From: an uncultured Gammaproteobacteria bacterium
Lineage (GTDB): Bacteria > Pseudomonadota > Gammaproteobacteria > Steroidobacterales > Steroidobacteraceae
DNA length: 64,000 nt
Assembly (NCBI GenBank): GCA_963791825.1
Contig: CAWBUE010000001.1
Coordinates: 276,007 to 340,006 of the forward strand
Reading direction: 5' to 3'
Shown piece after piece: positions 21,902 to 32,300 of this stretch. The first letter of the stretch is position 1, and each line of letters begins with the position of its first letter. The notes beneath the pieces are model-generated. The model had not been told where the DNA came from, did no database searches, and saw only the letters and a list, made by a program, of their open reading frames with translations. A program made the position numbers and the translations under genes.

Positions 21902-22831
21902 TTGTCCCAAGTTCGCCCCGTCGTGGGGCTGCCGACACTGACCTGGCTCCGGGCCTTCGAGGCCGCCGCTCGGACCTCGAGCTTCAGCGCCGCGGCGGCG
22001 GAACTTAACCTAACCTCGGGGGCCATCAGCTATCAGATTCGCGCCCTCGAGGGACACCTCGGGTTTTCGTTGTTCGAGCGTCTGCCGCGAGGCGTCAAGC
22101 TCACTCCCATGGGCGTTGCCTACTTGCCGCCGGTTCGCAAGGCATTCGAAGAGCTTGCCGACTCGACGGTTGGTCTATTCGGCGGCTCCGAACGGCTGCA
22201 AATCACCGTGCACGCGCCTGTGTCGCTGGCCGCCCTCTGGCTCGCTCCCAAGCTTCCCGCGTTCAGCCGTGCAAACCCCTCCATCGACGTGCGGCTGTCG
22301 TCGGTGATCTGGGACAATGCGGTGCTCGATGAAGCCACGGATTTGGAGATTCGCTATGGCGCAGGTCTCTGGCACGGATACCGGTCGGAGCATCTGCTCA
22401 ATCAGAACATCCTGGCGGTGTGCAGTCCGATGCTAATGCAATCGGCAAAAGGGGGCGGCGGCCTCGCGAAATCTCTGCCGCGGCATCTGATCCACATCAT
22501 GGGATACGAGAATCACTGGTTGAAGGTCCGGCAAGGATTGGAGCTTGCAAGCGATCCGGCGAGCGAGGGCCCCACCGTCGACACGACGATAGCCGCATTG
22601 GAACTCGCCGCCGCGGGCGCAGGCGTGGCGCTGGCGCATGGCATTTTTTTGGAGGCGTATTTCGCGACCGGCAGACTGGTGAGGGCGTTGGCGGAGGAAT
22701 TTGCCGACGACAATTCCTATTTCGTCATCACGCCGGAGCGGCCACAGCGTATCCGCCGTGAAGTGCAACTGTTTCGCGACTGGCTCGTAGCCGTCGCGCC
22801 TGTGGAGCGCCCGCTCAGTGGATGTGAATGA
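21902..22831 (+). CDS. LysR-family regulator (GcvA-like), divergent from the demethylation operon
   Basis: wHTH LTWLRAFEAAARTSSFSAAAAELNLTSGAISYQIRALE; TTG start in the track. Confidence 0.9.
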   Translation: MSQVRPVVGLPTLTWLRAFEAAARTSSFSAAAAELNLTSGAISYQIRALEGHLGFSLFERLPRGVKLTPMGVAYLPPVRKAFEELADSTVGLFGGSERLQITVHAPVSLAALWLAPKLPAFSRANPSIDVRLSSVIWDNAVLDEATDLEIRYGAGLWHGYRSEHLLNQNILAVCSPMLMQSAKGGGGLAKSLPRHLIHIMGYENHWLKVRQGLELASDPASEGPTVDTTIAALELAAAGAGVALAHGIFLEAYFATGRLVRALAEEFADDNSYFVITPERPQRIRREVQLFRDWLVAVAPVERPLSGCE

Positions 22832-22931
22832 GAATCCTTTGCGCTTGCGCGCCACAATTAATATTTATTTATGACAAATGGCGCCAAAAAAGCGGGAAAA
22901 TGAATCGAGTTCTTCACAGAGGATCATTCCG

Positions 22932-23270
22932 ATGCAAAACAAGATTTCACGTCGCTCGGTCGTCAAAGGCGGATTGATCGCCGGCGCCTTCATTCCGGCC
23001 ATGGGTCTCATGGCGAACTCCGCGGGGGCGGCGGCACTACCGCCGTTGGATCCGAAGGATCCCACCGCGCAAGCATTGGGTTTCGTCACCGACGCTTCGA
23101 AGGTCGATGCCGCCGCGAACCCGACATACAAGCCAACGCAAAAATGCGGCAACTGCGCGCAATTCCAGGGAAAGCCGACAGATGCCAGCGCAGGATGCAA
23201 CATTTTCGCGGGCAAGAGCGTGCCGGCGGGCGGCTGGTGCAAGGTCTGGGCGCAGAAGCCCGCTGCGTAA
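22932..23270 (+). CDS. high-potential iron-sulfur protein (HiPIP) with Tat signal
   Basis: Twin-arginine signal ISRRSVVKGGL, and a mature part with the Cys pattern C-x2-C...C...C (QKCGNCAQFQG...AGCNIF...GWCKVW). Confidence 0.9.
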   Translation: MQNKISRRSVVKGGLIAGAFIPAMGLMANSAGAAALPPLDPKDPTAQALGFVTDASKVDAAANPTYKPTQKCGNCAQFQGKPTDASAGCNIFAGKSVPAGGWCKVWAQKPAA

Positions 23271-23283
23271 TCTTGACGCTGCG

Positions 23284-23982
23284 TCAATGAACTTTAGCTA
23301 GCCATTCCCGCAGCGCCACCGCGACCGCATCGGGCCGCTCTATCGGCGCCAGGTGGCCGGCACCGTGGATTTCGAACAGCGTCGCGTGCGGAATTCTGCG
23401 CCGCATGATCTCGTGCTGCGAAATCGGCGACCATTCGTCCTCGCTGCCGCTCAGCAACAAGGTGGGAACACCGATGGTCGGCAGTACTGCCTGGGCTTGG
23501 GGTCGAGTCAGCAGCGCATTGATCTGGCCTGCATACGAGTCCGGGGTCGAGCGTTCCACCATCGCCGTCAAGCGCGGCATGAGTTCCGGGGTACGGGAGC
23601 CGCCGGCGAGCATCGGCGGCAGCCATTCGGCCGCAAGGGCCGACATGCCTCGCCGGTATGCGAGCCGCAGCAGGCGGCCGCGGCTCTGCGGCTCGCCGTG
23701 GCGAACCGTGTACAAGCCGGTATTGAGCAAGGCCAGGCCCGAAATCCGCTGCGGTGCCGAACGAAGGATCTCGAGTGCAACCCTTCCTCCCATCGAATGG
23801 CCCGCAACCGCGAAGCGCTCGGGAGCCGAGGCCAAAACGTGTTCAGCCATGGAGGCTATCGATGAAAATCCGCGAAACGAAACGATGCGCACGTCCGCGG
23901 CATCGCGCAGGCGTACCGGTATATCGGCCCAAATGGTCTCGTCGCACAACAATCCGGACAGGAGCAGGAGTTGCCGCTTCAT
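23284..23982 (-). CDS. alpha/beta-fold hydrolase
   Basis: GHSMGG nucleophile elbow, Asp/His region (SGSEDEW...GAGHL). Start placed at the ATG at 23982. Confidence 0.8.
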   Translation of the reverse strand: MKRQLLLLSGLLCDETIWADIPVRLRDAADVRIVSFRGFSSIASMAEHVLASAPERFAVAGHSMGGRVALEILRSAPQRISGLALLNTGLYTVRHGEPQSRGRLLRLAYRRGMSALAAEWLPPMLAGGSRTPELMPRLTAMVERSTPDSYAGQINALLTRPQAQAVLPTIGVPTLLLSGSEDEWSPISQHEIMRRRIPHATLFEIHGAGHLAPIERPDAVAVALREWLAKVH

Positions 23983-24048
23983 TTGCGATACTCGTGATTC
24001 GCCGGCTCTCAATGTAGCATCGGTGCCTCAGCTGCGCCCGGGGGTAAT

Positions 24049-24852
24049 TTGGCAGGCGATTTCCATCAAGCCGTGCGGGATGCATGCCTTTGGCTGCCCG
24101 AAGCAGAGGAGTTCCTCTCGCATGGCGCGCCGAACTTCAGGGTTCGCGGCAAGACTTTTGCAATGTATGCCGTCAATCACCATGGAGACGGCCGCGTTGC
24201 TCTGTGGCTCAATGCATTCCCAGGTTCACAAGAGCATCATGTGCGCACGGAGCCGGCGCATTTCTTCGTACCACCTTATGTAGGAGTCCGCGGCTGGCTG
24301 GGCGTCGTGCTTGATCGGGGCATACATTGGAAGCAAGTCGCGGCGTTGGTGCGGGAGGCCTATGAGAAAGCAGCGCCGGCGCAGCTACAGTCGCGTATCG
24401 GCAAGATGCCGGCCCTCAAGGCTCCCCGCAAGAGATTGTCTGCGAGCCAAATCGACCCCATGAAATCGCCGCGCGCGCTGACGGTGCTCGGACCATTGCG
24501 CAAGATGTGTCTAGCTCTGCCCGAGTCGCACGAGGGGCGCCAGTTTGGGCACCCCGTCTGGCAGGCAGGCAAGAAAACTTTCGCTCTGGCGCGCCATGAC
24601 GGCGAGCGCCTCACGCTGTGTTTTTGGGTGGGGGTGGATCAGCAGGGGTTGTTGATCGCGGACGCCCGATATCGGATCCCGCCCTATTTCGGCCACAACG
24701 GCTGGATCGCCCTCGATGTCGGCGAGGATTGCGACTGGGCGGAAGTCCAGGCGTTGATGCTGCAGAGTTATCGGCACTTCGCACTGAAGCGAATGTTGCT
24801 GCAAATGCCGCCCGCTGCCGACAAGCCGCAGAAGCGGAAACGCCGCGCCTAA
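24049..24852 (+). CDS. tandem MmcQ/YjbR-domain protein
   Basis: Two copies of the YjbR-like module: ...FRVRGKTFAMY...PPYVGVRGWLGV... and ...WQAGKKTFALA...PPYFGHNGWIAL... Confidence 0.7.
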   Translation: MAGDFHQAVRDACLWLPEAEEFLSHGAPNFRVRGKTFAMYAVNHHGDGRVALWLNAFPGSQEHHVRTEPAHFFVPPYVGVRGWLGVVLDRGIHWKQVAALVREAYEKAAPAQLQSRIGKMPALKAPRKRLSASQIDPMKSPRALTVLGPLRKMCLALPESHEGRQFGHPVWQAGKKTFALARHDGERLTLCFWVGVDQQGLLIADARYRIPPYFGHNGWIALDVGEDCDWAEVQALMLQSYRHFALKRMLLQMPPAADKPQKRKRRA

Positions 24853-25775
24853 AGTGCCGTTCTGAGGGCAGCGATCGCCAGTGCCAATGCGCCGAGTACA
24901 CCGGAATTCTCGCCGAGCCCAGGGGCCACGACATAGCGGTCGGTCTCGCCGAGGATTTCGCGGCGATCGATATAGCCGCCCAGCCAGTGGCGCAAGCGGG
25001 TGCGAATGAGCGGGAACAACCGCGCCTGGCTCATGACGCCCCCACCCATCACGATCCGCTGCGGGGAGACGGTCACGACGAGCTGGGCGCATAATTGGCC
25101 GAGATAATCCGCCTCGATTTCCCACTGCGGATGTGACCCATGGAGTTCCCCCAGGCACGCGCCGGTACGGGCGACGATGGCCGGTCCTGAGGCCACTCCT
25201 TCCATGCAATCGCCGTGAAACGGACAGATGCCGTGGAACGCGAGATCGAGAGGATGGCGCCGGGGGAAAACGTGGCCGATCTCCGGGTGCATGAGACCGT
25301 GGAGGGGCGCGCCGCCGACGACCACTCCTCCGCCGATGCCGGTGCCGATCGTGAGATACACGAAGTTATCGACGCCTCGGGCAACTCCCCACCGGCGTTC
25401 GGCGAGTGCTGCAGCATTCACGTCGGTATCGAAACCGATGGGGCATCCGTATTGCCGCGCCAAGCTCCCCGCAATATCGGTACCTTGCCATCCCGGCTTC
25501 GGAGTCTGGCCGATGAAACCATGACGCGGCGAGCTGCGATCGAGTTCGACCGGTCCGAAACACGCGACGCCGATGGCGGCAAGCGCACCGAGGGAGCCCT
25601 CGTGACCTAGAAAGGCGTGCACGCGCGCAAGCGTCGAAGGCGGGTCGGTGGTGGGAAAGCGCTCTTGAGCGAGGATTTCGCCGCGATCGTTGCCGATGGC
25701 GCACACGAACTTGGTGCCGCCGGCTTCGACCGCACCGAAAAAACGACCCTCCGTCATGACGGGAGCATAGCGCAC
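24849..25775 (-). CDS. ROK-family sugar kinase (fructokinase/Mak-like)
   Basis: VEAGGTKFVCAIG N-terminal ATP motif and the ROK Zn-type motif region GHV...CPFHGDCMEG. An alternative start lies at 25757. Confidence 0.85.
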   Translation of the reverse strand: MRYAPVMTEGRFFGAVEAGGTKFVCAIGNDRGEILAQERFPTTDPPSTLARVHAFLGHEGSLGALAAIGVACFGPVELDRSSPRHGFIGQTPKPGWQGTDIAGSLARQYGCPIGFDTDVNAAALAERRWGVARGVDNFVYLTIGTGIGGGVVVGGAPLHGLMHPEIGHVFPRRHPLDLAFHGICPFHGDCMEGVASGPAIVARTGACLGELHGSHPQWEIEADYLGQLCAQLVVTVSPQRIVMGGGVMSQARLFPLIRTRLRHWLGGYIDRREILGETDRYVVAPGLGENSGVLGALALAIAALRTAL

Positions 25776-25860
25776 GGCGCGAGTGCGTTCCGTATCGAGC
25801 CGAAGTGGGCACGCAGGGCGGTGGTGATGTAAAGTAAGCGTTTACGCCTGAGCGATTGGA

Positions 25861-27066
25861 ATGCACGCAGTCGTCGAACCCAAGCCGGATACGGTCCGGC
25901 CGAGCGCCGAGTCCCGCGCGATGATCGAGCGGCTGATCGGTTTCAATACGGTGTCGCGCGATTCCAATCTTGGGTTGATCGAATGGGTGCGCGATTACCT
26001 GCATCGAATCGGTGCGGTTACCCGCCTGACCCACGACCCGACGGGAAAGAAAGCGAACTTGTTCGCGACCTTGGGCGACTCTCCGAAGCCCGGGTTGATT
26101 CTCTCGGGACACACCGACGTCGTGCCCGTGGACGGCCAGAGCTGGGATACCGACCCGTTCGCGGCCGTGGAACGGGACGGCAAGCTTTTTGCTCGAGGCT
26201 CAGCGGATATGAAGGGGTTCATCGGCATCGCTCTCGCCCAAGCGCCGCGATTCGTCGCTGCGCTGAACGACAACCGGCTTGATGCCCCGCTTCATTATTC
26301 GCTGAGCTATGACGAGGAGGTCGGCTGCATCGGTGTGCGGGGACTGATTCGCGATCTCGAAGAAAACAACATCCGGCCGGCCGGGTGCGTAGTGGGCGAG
26401 CCGACTTCGATGCAACCCATCATCGCCCACAAAGGCACGCATCGAATTCGCTGCCGGGTGCTTGGACGGGAGGCGCATTCAAGTTACGTCTCTTATGGGG
26501 TGAATGCGATCGAGTATGCGGCGCGCTTGATCGTGTTCATCCGCCACATCGCCGAACGCCTGGCGCAGGTCGAGACTCGCGACTATGGATTTACCGTTCC
26601 GTACTCGACGCTGTCGACCGGACTGATCCACGGCGGCATCGCCGCCAACGTCGTGCCCAAAGACTGCGTGTTCCAATTCGACATGCGCACCCTGCCAAAT
26701 ACCTCGCCCGAGTCCCTATTTCAGGAGATTCGCGCTTACGCGCAAGAGTTGACGCGTGAGATGCATGCCGTGGACGAACAATCCGGCATCGATTTGGAAT
26801 GGCTCAGCCAGACCGCGGGACTCGCCGCCGCGGAAACCGACGCGATCGTGCAGTGGGCGATGCAGCTCTCGAGAAATTCTCAAGTGGGCAAGGTGTCATA
26901 CGGCACGGAAGCCGGACTGTTTCAGAAAATGGGCGTACCCAGCGTCATATGCGGACCGGGCGACATAGCGCAGGCGCATCGGCCGAACGAATTCGTCGCG
27001 CTCGAACAGCTCGCGCAATGCGAGAGGTTCATGGATCGCATTCTCGAAACCGGATACGCATCCTGA
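25861..27066 (+). CDS. argE: acetylornithine deacetylase (M20 peptidase family)
   Basis: LSGHTDVVPVDGQSWDTDPF, RGSADMKG and EEVGCIG metal-ligand blocks, with an ArgE-like N-terminus. Confidence 0.8.
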   Translation: MHAVVEPKPDTVRPSAESRAMIERLIGFNTVSRDSNLGLIEWVRDYLHRIGAVTRLTHDPTGKKANLFATLGDSPKPGLILSGHTDVVPVDGQSWDTDPFAAVERDGKLFARGSADMKGFIGIALAQAPRFVAALNDNRLDAPLHYSLSYDEEVGCIGVRGLIRDLEENNIRPAGCVVGEPTSMQPIIAHKGTHRIRCRVLGREAHSSYVSYGVNAIEYAARLIVFIRHIAERLAQVETRDYGFTVPYSTLSTGLIHGGIAANVVPKDCVFQFDMRTLPNTSPESLFQEIRAYAQELTREMHAVDEQSGIDLEWLSQTAGLAAAETDAIVQWAMQLSRNSQVGKVSYGTEAGLFQKMGVPSVICGPGDIAQAHRPNEFVALEQLAQCERFMDRILETGYAS

Positions 27067-29120
27067 TGGCGCACTCGGCGGCCTTGCCGGAATTGACCAC
27101 GGTCAAAGGGGCGTGTCCCCATGACTGCCCCGATACATGTGCGCTCACTGTCCATCTCCGGGACGGCATCGCCGTCAAAGTGACGGGCTCTTCCGAGCAT
27201 GCGCCTACCGCCGGCGTACTGTGTACCAAAGTGGCCCGTTATACCGAGCGCACCTACCATCCGGACCGGCTGCTGTATCCGATGCGCCGAATCGGACCGA
27301 AGGGGGAGGGGCGATTCGAGCGGTTCGGGTGGGAGGAGGCGATCGACACCATCGCGAGCCGCCTGACCTCCATTGCCGCAAAAGACCCCGAGCAGATACT
27401 GCCTTATAGCTATGCCGGGACCATGGGATTGGTGCAGGGCGAATCGATGTCCATGCGCTTCTTCCACAAGATAGGCGCGAGCTTTCTGGACCGGACGATC
27501 TGCGCTTCGGCGGGCACCGCGGGCCACGAGATCACTCTCGGCAGCCGCATCGGCATGGACATGGAATTGACCGGGGAAGCCAAGCTCATCGTCTTCTGGG
27601 GGTCGAACGCCATCACGTCCAGCGTGCATTTTTGGGCGCGCGCGCAGGAGGCAAAACGACGCGGCGCAATCTTGGTGGCGATCGATCCGTATCGATCGCT
27701 CACGGCGGAAAAGTGCCATATTCACATGGCGTTGCTGCCCGGAACGGATTCTGCGCTGGCGCTCGGGCTCATGCACGTGTTGATCCGCGATGGTTTGATC
27801 GACGGCGAGTACGTCGCGCGCCATTCGGTGGGATTTGAGCAACTGAGGGAGCGCGCGAGCCAGTACGACCCGGCGAGGGTGGCCTCGATTTGCGGTCTCA
27901 CGACGGAGGAGATCGAGTCTCTGGCGCGACTCTACGGCACCACACGGCCCGCCTTGATCCGCGCGAATTACGGAATGCAGCGGGTGCGCGGCGGCGGTAT
28001 GGCCACGCGGAATATCGCGTGCCTGCCGGCGCTGGTGGGCGCATTTCGGGACGCGGCAGGGGGGCTCTTGCTTTCGACCGGCGGCAACTTCGACATCGAC
28101 AGGGAGGCCTTGGAGCGCCCCGATCTTTTGGCCGGCCGGCGGCCGCGCACCATCAACATGTCGACCATCGGGCATGCACTGCTGGATGAGAGCGCTCCCG
28201 TGAATGCGCTGATCGTCTACAACTCGAACCCGGTCGCCGTAGCGCCCGACTCCACCCGCGTGGCGCGCGGCTTTGCGCGGGAAGATCTATTCACCGTGGT
28301 CCTCGAGCACTTTCAAACCGATACCGCGGACTACGCGGACATCCTGCTGCCCGCAACCACCCAACTCGAGCACTTGGACGTCATCAAGCCCTACGGGCAT
28401 TACTATATGATGGCAAACAATCCGGCGATTGCGCCGTTGGGCGAATGCAAGCCCAATTCGGAGATTTTCCGCTTGCTGGCGCGAGCCATGGGATTCAGCG
28501 AGCCGTGCTTCGGCGATTCTGACGAAACCATCGCACAGGCCGCCGTGGCGAAGGACTGGAATTTCGATGCCGTTCGTGCGGCGGGGTGGAAGCGCGTCGG
28601 TCCCGTCAAGGGAATTGCGCGGTTTGCGGACGGCGGCTTCGATACTCCCTCCGGAAAAGTCGAGTTCTTCTCTGTCCGTGCTGCGCAGCTTGGTTTGGAT
28701 CCCTTGCCGGATTACATCGCACCTCAGGAAGATACCCGCAGCGCCGCAGCAAAGCGCTACCCGCTCGCGATGATTTCGCCGCCCGCGCGAAATTTCCTCA
28801 ATAGCTCCTTTGTCAACGTGCAAAGCTTGCGCGCCTCGGAAGGCGAACCCTGGCTTGACATCCATCCGGCGGACGCGGCGCAGCGCGGGGTGGTCGCCGG
28901 AAGCTACGTGCGGGTATTCAATGACCGGGGTAGCATGGAGCTGCGCGCGCGGATCACCGATCGCGCTCGGCGCGGCGTCGTCGTGGGCCTATCGGTTTGG
29001 TGGAAGAAACTTACGCGCGACGGCAAGAATGCCAACGAGCTCACCAGCAGCGATACCCTCACCGATATGGGAAGGGCACCGATTTTTTATGATTGCCTGG
29101 TAGAAGTCGAAACGCTTTGA
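27066..29120 (+). CDS. cytoplasmic molybdopterin-dependent oxidoreductase (DMSO-reductase superfamily)
   Basis: N-terminal 4Fe-4S motif CPHDCPDTCAL with no Tat signal, and MopB plus C-terminal molybdopterin dinucleotide-binding regions. The ATG at 27066 overlaps the argE stop (TGATG). The track extension to 26799 overlaps argE and was discarded. Confidence 0.85.
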   Translation: MAHSAALPELTTVKGACPHDCPDTCALTVHLRDGIAVKVTGSSEHAPTAGVLCTKVARYTERTYHPDRLLYPMRRIGPKGEGRFERFGWEEAIDTIASRLTSIAAKDPEQILPYSYAGTMGLVQGESMSMRFFHKIGASFLDRTICASAGTAGHEITLGSRIGMDMELTGEAKLIVFWGSNAITSSVHFWARAQEAKRRGAILVAIDPYRSLTAEKCHIHMALLPGTDSALALGLMHVLIRDGLIDGEYVARHSVGFEQLRERASQYDPARVASICGLTTEEIESLARLYGTTRPALIRANYGMQRVRGGGMATRNIACLPALVGAFRDAAGGLLLSTGGNFDIDREALERPDLLAGRRPRTINMSTIGHALLDESAPVNALIVYNSNPVAVAPDSTRVARGFAREDLFTVVLEHFQTDTADYADILLPATTQLEHLDVIKPYGHYYMMANNPAIAPLGECKPNSEIFRLLARAMGFSEPCFGDSDETIAQAAVAKDWNFDAVRAAGWKRVGPVKGIARFADGGFDTPSGKVEFFSVRAAQLGLDPLPDYIAPQEDTRSAAAKRYPLAMISPPARNFLNSSFVNVQSLRASEGEPWLDIHPADAAQRGVVAGSYVRVFNDRGSMELRARITDRARRGVVVGLSVWWKKLTRDGKNANELTSSDTLTDMGRAPIFYDCLVEVETL

Positions 29121-29175
29121 CCGTGTTGCGATCGCGGCGTGGGCGCCCGGGGTGCACGGAAACGCTGGGCGCAAG

Positions 29176-29190
29176 TTGTAAGAATTACAA
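29176..29190. promoter_or_regulatory. perfect palindrome TTGTAA-GAA-TTACAA upstream of the giant kinase gene
   Basis: 6-bp inverted repeat with a 3-nt spacer in the AT-richer 181-nt spacer, 112 nt before the ATG at 29302. Candidate operator; no further support. Confidence 0.25.
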
Positions 29191-29301
29191 TATGTTGCGT
29201 TTGCGACAATGGACTTTTGATAGGGTGTTTGCCAAGATTCCTGCAGGGATGAAAGCTACGTTCACACACACTTTTCGCGCCGAGAGCGTGGAGAAATTTT
29301 C

Positions 29302-32300
29302 ATGGAATCAAACGTAAGCGTCGCCCGGCGGAAGAAGAATAACGGGCACGCTGTTGCACCGAACGGCAACGCTGAACTCAATCTAAATCAGTTGCTTGAT
29401 GTGCTGCGCGCCATGCAGGACGGCGACTTTTCCGTGCGCTTACCGGGATCGCAGGTGGGTGTGGCGGGAAAAATTTGCGACGCATTCAATACCATCGTCG
29501 CCGCGAATGAGCGCATTGCACAACAGCTCGAGCATGTCGGCGAGGTGGTAGGGCGGCAAGGCAAGACCCGCACGCGGGTCCGCTTCGGGCTCGCCGAAGG
29601 CGCTTGGGCGGACATGGAAGGGTCGGTCAATGCCCTGATCGATGATCTCTTGTGGCCGACCACGGCGGTCACCCGCACGGTAACCGCGGTGGCGCGCGGC
29701 GACCTGCTGCAAACGGTACCGCTCGACGTCGACGGCCGGGCGCTGAAGGGCGAGTTCCTGCGTTCCGCCAACATCGTCAACACCATGATCAAGCAGCTCA
29801 GCGTGTTCACATCGGAGGTGACGCGCGTGGCGCGCGAGGTGGGAACCGACGGCAAGTTGGGGGGGCAAGCGCAGGTACGCGAGGTCACGGGCGTCTGGAA
29901 AGACCTCACCGAAAGCGTGAACTCGATGGCGTCGAACTTGACGGCGCAAGTCCGCAACATCGCGGAAGTAACGATCGCGGTCGCCAACGGCGACCTTTCG
30001 AAAAAGATCACGGTCGACGTACGTGGCGAGATCTTGCAGCTGAAGGAAGCCATCAACACGATGGTCGACCAGCTGCGATCTTTCGCCTCGGAGGTCACGC
30101 GCGTGGCGCGCGAAGTGGGAACCGAAGGCAAGCTCGGCGGCCAGGCGTTGGTGCCCGGGGTGGCCGGCACCTGGAAGGATCTCACCGATTCGGTGAATGC
30201 CATGTGCGGCAATCTCACGGCGCAAGTGCGCAATATCGCGCAAGTGACGACCGCCGTGGCGCGCGGCGACTTGTCGCACAAGATCACGGTCGATGTGTCG
30301 GGCGAAATCCTCGAGCTCAAGCAGACGATGAACACGATGGTGGATCAGCTCAACGCCTTCGCCGGGGAAGTGACTCGCGTGGCGCGCGAGGTAGGCACCG
30401 AAGGCCGATTGGGAGGCCAGGCGCAGGTCCCGGGCGTGGCCGGAACCTGGAAGGATCTGACCGACAACGTCAACTCGATGGCATCGAATCTCACGGCGCA
30501 GGTACGCAACATCGCCGAAGTGTCCACGGCGATCGCCAACGGCAATCTCGCCAAGAAAATCACGGTGACCGTCTCCGGCGAGATCCTGCAGCTGAAAGAG
30601 ACCATCAATACCATGGTGGACCAGTTGAACGCGTTCGCCTCCGAAGTGACGCGCGTGGCGCGCGAGGTCGGCACCGAAGGCCGCCTCGGCGGCCAGGCGA
30701 ACGTGCGCGGCGTCGCCGGAACGTGGAAGGACTTGACCGAGAACGTCAATTCCATGGCTTCAAATCTTACCGGCCAAGTGCGCAACATCGCGGAGGTCAC
30801 CACGGCGGTTGCCAACGGCGATTTGTCGAAGAAGATCACGGTGGACGTGAAGGGCGAAATCCTCGAGCTGAAGGACACCATCAATACCATGGTGGACCAG
30901 CTGAATGCGTTCGCGGGCGAAGTAACGCGCGTCGCGCGCGAGGTGGGTACGGAAGGAAAGCTCGGCGGCCAGGCGCAGCTCAAGGGTGTCGCGGGCACAT
31001 GGAAGGATCTCACCGACTCGGTGAATTCGATGGCGTCGAATTTGACCGGTCAAGTCCGCAACATCGCCGAAGTCGCCACAGCGGTGGCGCAAGGCGACTT
31101 GTCGAAGAAGATCACCGTGACGGTATCGGGCGAAATTCTGCTGCTCAAAGAAACGCTTAATACGATGGTTGATCAATTGCGCTCCTTCGCCGGCGAGGTG
31201 ACGCGCGTGGCGCGCGAAGTCGGCACCGAAGGCCGGCTCGGCGGGCAAGCCCAGGTCCCCGAGGTCGCGGGCACGTGGAAGGATTTGACCGACTCGGTCA
31301 ATTCAATGGCCGGCAATCTCACCGCGCAGGTACGCAATATCGCCGAAGTATCGACCGCCATCGCCAACGGCGACTTGTCGCGCAAGATCACGGTCGACGT
31401 GCGCGGCGAGATCCTGCAGTTGAAAGAAACCCTGAACACGATGGTCGATCAGCTCAATCGCTTCGCTTCGGAAGTGACCCGTGTGGCCCGCGAAGTGGGC
31501 ACGGAAGGCAAGCTCGGCGGCCAAGCCAACGTCCCTGGAGTGGCGGGAACCTGGAAGGATCTCACCGAAAACGTCAATTCCATGGCCTCTAATCTCACCG
31601 GCCAGGTCCGCAACATCGCCGAAGTCACGACGGCGGTGGCCCGCGGCGATTTGTCGCGCAAGATCACGGTCGACGTGAAGGGCGAAATCCTCGAGCTCAA
31701 GAACACGATCAATACGATGGTGGACCAGTTGAACGGGTTCGCCGGCGAGGTGACGCGCGTGGCGCGCGAGGTCGGCACCGAAGGCAAGCTCGGCGGCCAG
31801 GCTCAGGTGCCCGGCGTCGCCGGGACCTGGAAGGACCTCACCGACAACGTCAACTCGATGGCCGGCAATCTGACTGCGCAAGTGCGCAACATCGCGGAGG
31901 TGGCCACCGCCATCGCGACCGGCGATTTGTCGCGCAAGATCACGGTCGACGTGCGCGGCGAGATCCTGCTGCTCAAGGAAACATTGAATACGATGGTCGA
32001 CCAGCTGCGCTCCTTCGCCGGCGAGGTGACTCGCGTGGCCCGCGAAGTCGGCACCGACGGGCGTTTGGGCGGACAGGCGGTGGTCCCCGGCGTGGCCGGC
32101 ACTTGGAAGGACCTTACCGACAACGTGAACCTATTGGCGGCGAATCTCACCACTCAAGTCCGCAACATCGCGGAAGTGACGACGGCGGTGGCGCGCGGCG
32201 ACTTATCGCGCAAGATCACGGTGGACGTGAAGGGTGAAATCCTCGAGCTCAAGAACACGATCAACACGATGGTGGACCAGCTGAACGGCTTCGCCGGCGA

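Noticed and set aside
26799-27065. N-terminal extension of the molybdopterin oxidoreductase ORF back to 26799.
   Set aside because: It overlaps the 3' end of argE in another frame and encodes Arg-rich filler. The conserved Fe-S N-terminus begins right after the ATG at 27066, which is coupled to the argE stop.
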